Shown here piece by piece: positions 62,860-64,000 of a stretch of DNA of 64,000 bases. Position 1 is the stretch's first letter. Every line of letters starts with the position of its first letter. Origin of the DNA: Octopus sinensis (taxonomy: Eukaryota); contig NC_042997.1 in NCBI RefSeq assembly GCF_006345805.1, forward strand, positions 162,688,001 through 162,752,000, written 5' to 3'. A program made the position numbers and the translations under genes. The notes beneath the pieces were generated by a model that saw nothing but the letters and a program-made list of their open reading frames with translations, ran no database searches and was not told where the DNA came from.

Positions 62860-62995
62860 AACAGATGTATTATTATAACGCTCAGGATAGAAAAAGTCTT
62901 TTACGTTTCGAGCCTACGCTCTTCTACAGAAAGAGACACAGAAAAAACAAGGAGAGAAAATAATGTGTGTAGTGGCTAACGATCTATCATGGCGA
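62860..62995 (-). mobile_element. Penelope-like terminal element (same family as 2405-2625) with the best-preserved hammerhead-like fold
   Basis: Minus strand TCTTT CTGTAGA A GAGC GTAG GCTC GAAA CGT A AAAGA (62934 to 62897); abuts (TA)n. Confidence 0.7.
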
Positions 62996-63026
62996 CTACA
63001 TATATATATATATATATATATATGTG

Positions 63027-63064
<38 letters not shown>

Positions 63065-63409
63065 TTCCACCAGGAACACATTGATTTCAAATTTTTATCC
63101 TTTTCGGATTCGTAGTTGTTGGTACGTTATCACAGTTTGGTCTCTGTGCGACGACTGTAACACAGAATTGTCGATTGAATAATAAGGTTAAAGTTGATAA
63201 CTGGCAAGAAGACATTTAAAGTATTTTGGCCAAGCTAACACGGCTTAATCAACACAAGTGCTACATAGTGAAACTAAATGAAAAGGTTAAACAACGAGAT
63301 TAGATCAGCGAAATTTCAAAAATATTTTAAACAAACGATGTTTTTTTTGTAGATTCTTTATTTGATTAATTTAAAGATTTTACGGATGCAAATATTCGCC
63401 GACACTATA

Positions 63410-63564
63410 TTTATGCATACATGCATATATAGATACATGCGCGCGTGCATACATACGTACCTTACATACAAAACGTCATATACGCATGCTTTGATCTAAT
63501 AGATCTAACATCCACAATGGCTCACACAGGTACACACAACACACACACAAGCACACATACACAC

Positions 63565-63595
<31 letters not shown>

Positions 63596-63809
63596 TGTAT
63601 GTATGTATGTTTGTGTGCCCCTCTCTCTCTCTCTCTCTTTCTATATATATATATAAACGCAATTATACATTCACACTCATATACATACATGTACATAAAT
63701 GTGTGTGTGTGTGTATATATGTATATATATATATATATATATACATACATACATATATATATAAATACACACACACATACACTCATATATATATATATAT
63801 ACACAATAT

Positions 63810-63853
<44 letters not shown>

Positions 63854-64000
63854 CGTATGTATACATACACACACTATATGAATATGGATGATGCGTCTGT
63901 CTGTGCATGTGTTTAATATCTATGTGTGTACGTGCGTGCGCGCGTGTGTTTCTATGAGAGCGCAGGCGTGCATGTGTGATTGAGTGCGTGATTGCAATGA
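63410..64000. repeat. compound microsatellite field
   Basis: TATG, CT, TA, TG and CG-containing dinucleotide runs. Confidence 0.9.

Overview
AT-rich, extremely repeat-dense animal DNA. The SINE families, (TA/CA/TATG)n load and LINE types look to me like an Octopus (coleoid cephalopod) genome; that is recognition, not a search result. I find no complete protein-coding gene. Most ORFs in the supplied track are translated microsatellites. The ORFs that resemble real proteins are decayed transposon fragments: two RTE LINEs, a mariner transposase C-terminus, an R4/Dong-like element and two CR1-group LINE 3' ends. Non-autonomous elements dominate: at least three tRNA-derived SINE families, Helitrons with exact A|TC...CTRR|T ends, and hAT, Tigger and piggyBac-type MITEs. 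About 1.1-28.3 kb is CpG-depleted, as expected for a methylated gene body, and holds a few plus-strand exon candidates and a repeat-poor stretch resembling a 3' UTR; the rest of the window has normal CpG content and one good isolated exon candidate (38063-38149). The main observations: (1) several dispersed Penelope-like termini carry minimal type-I hammerhead-ribozyme folds, mostly with a recurrent non-canonical core, and two of them form a 220-bp palindrome; (2) a ~1.93-kb near-perfect palindrome is centred on helically phased AnTn tracts and may be either a foldback structure or an assembly artefact; (3) head-to-tail SINE multimers share an exact junction; (4) several inverted-repeat elements and pre-miRNA-sized hairpins are present.
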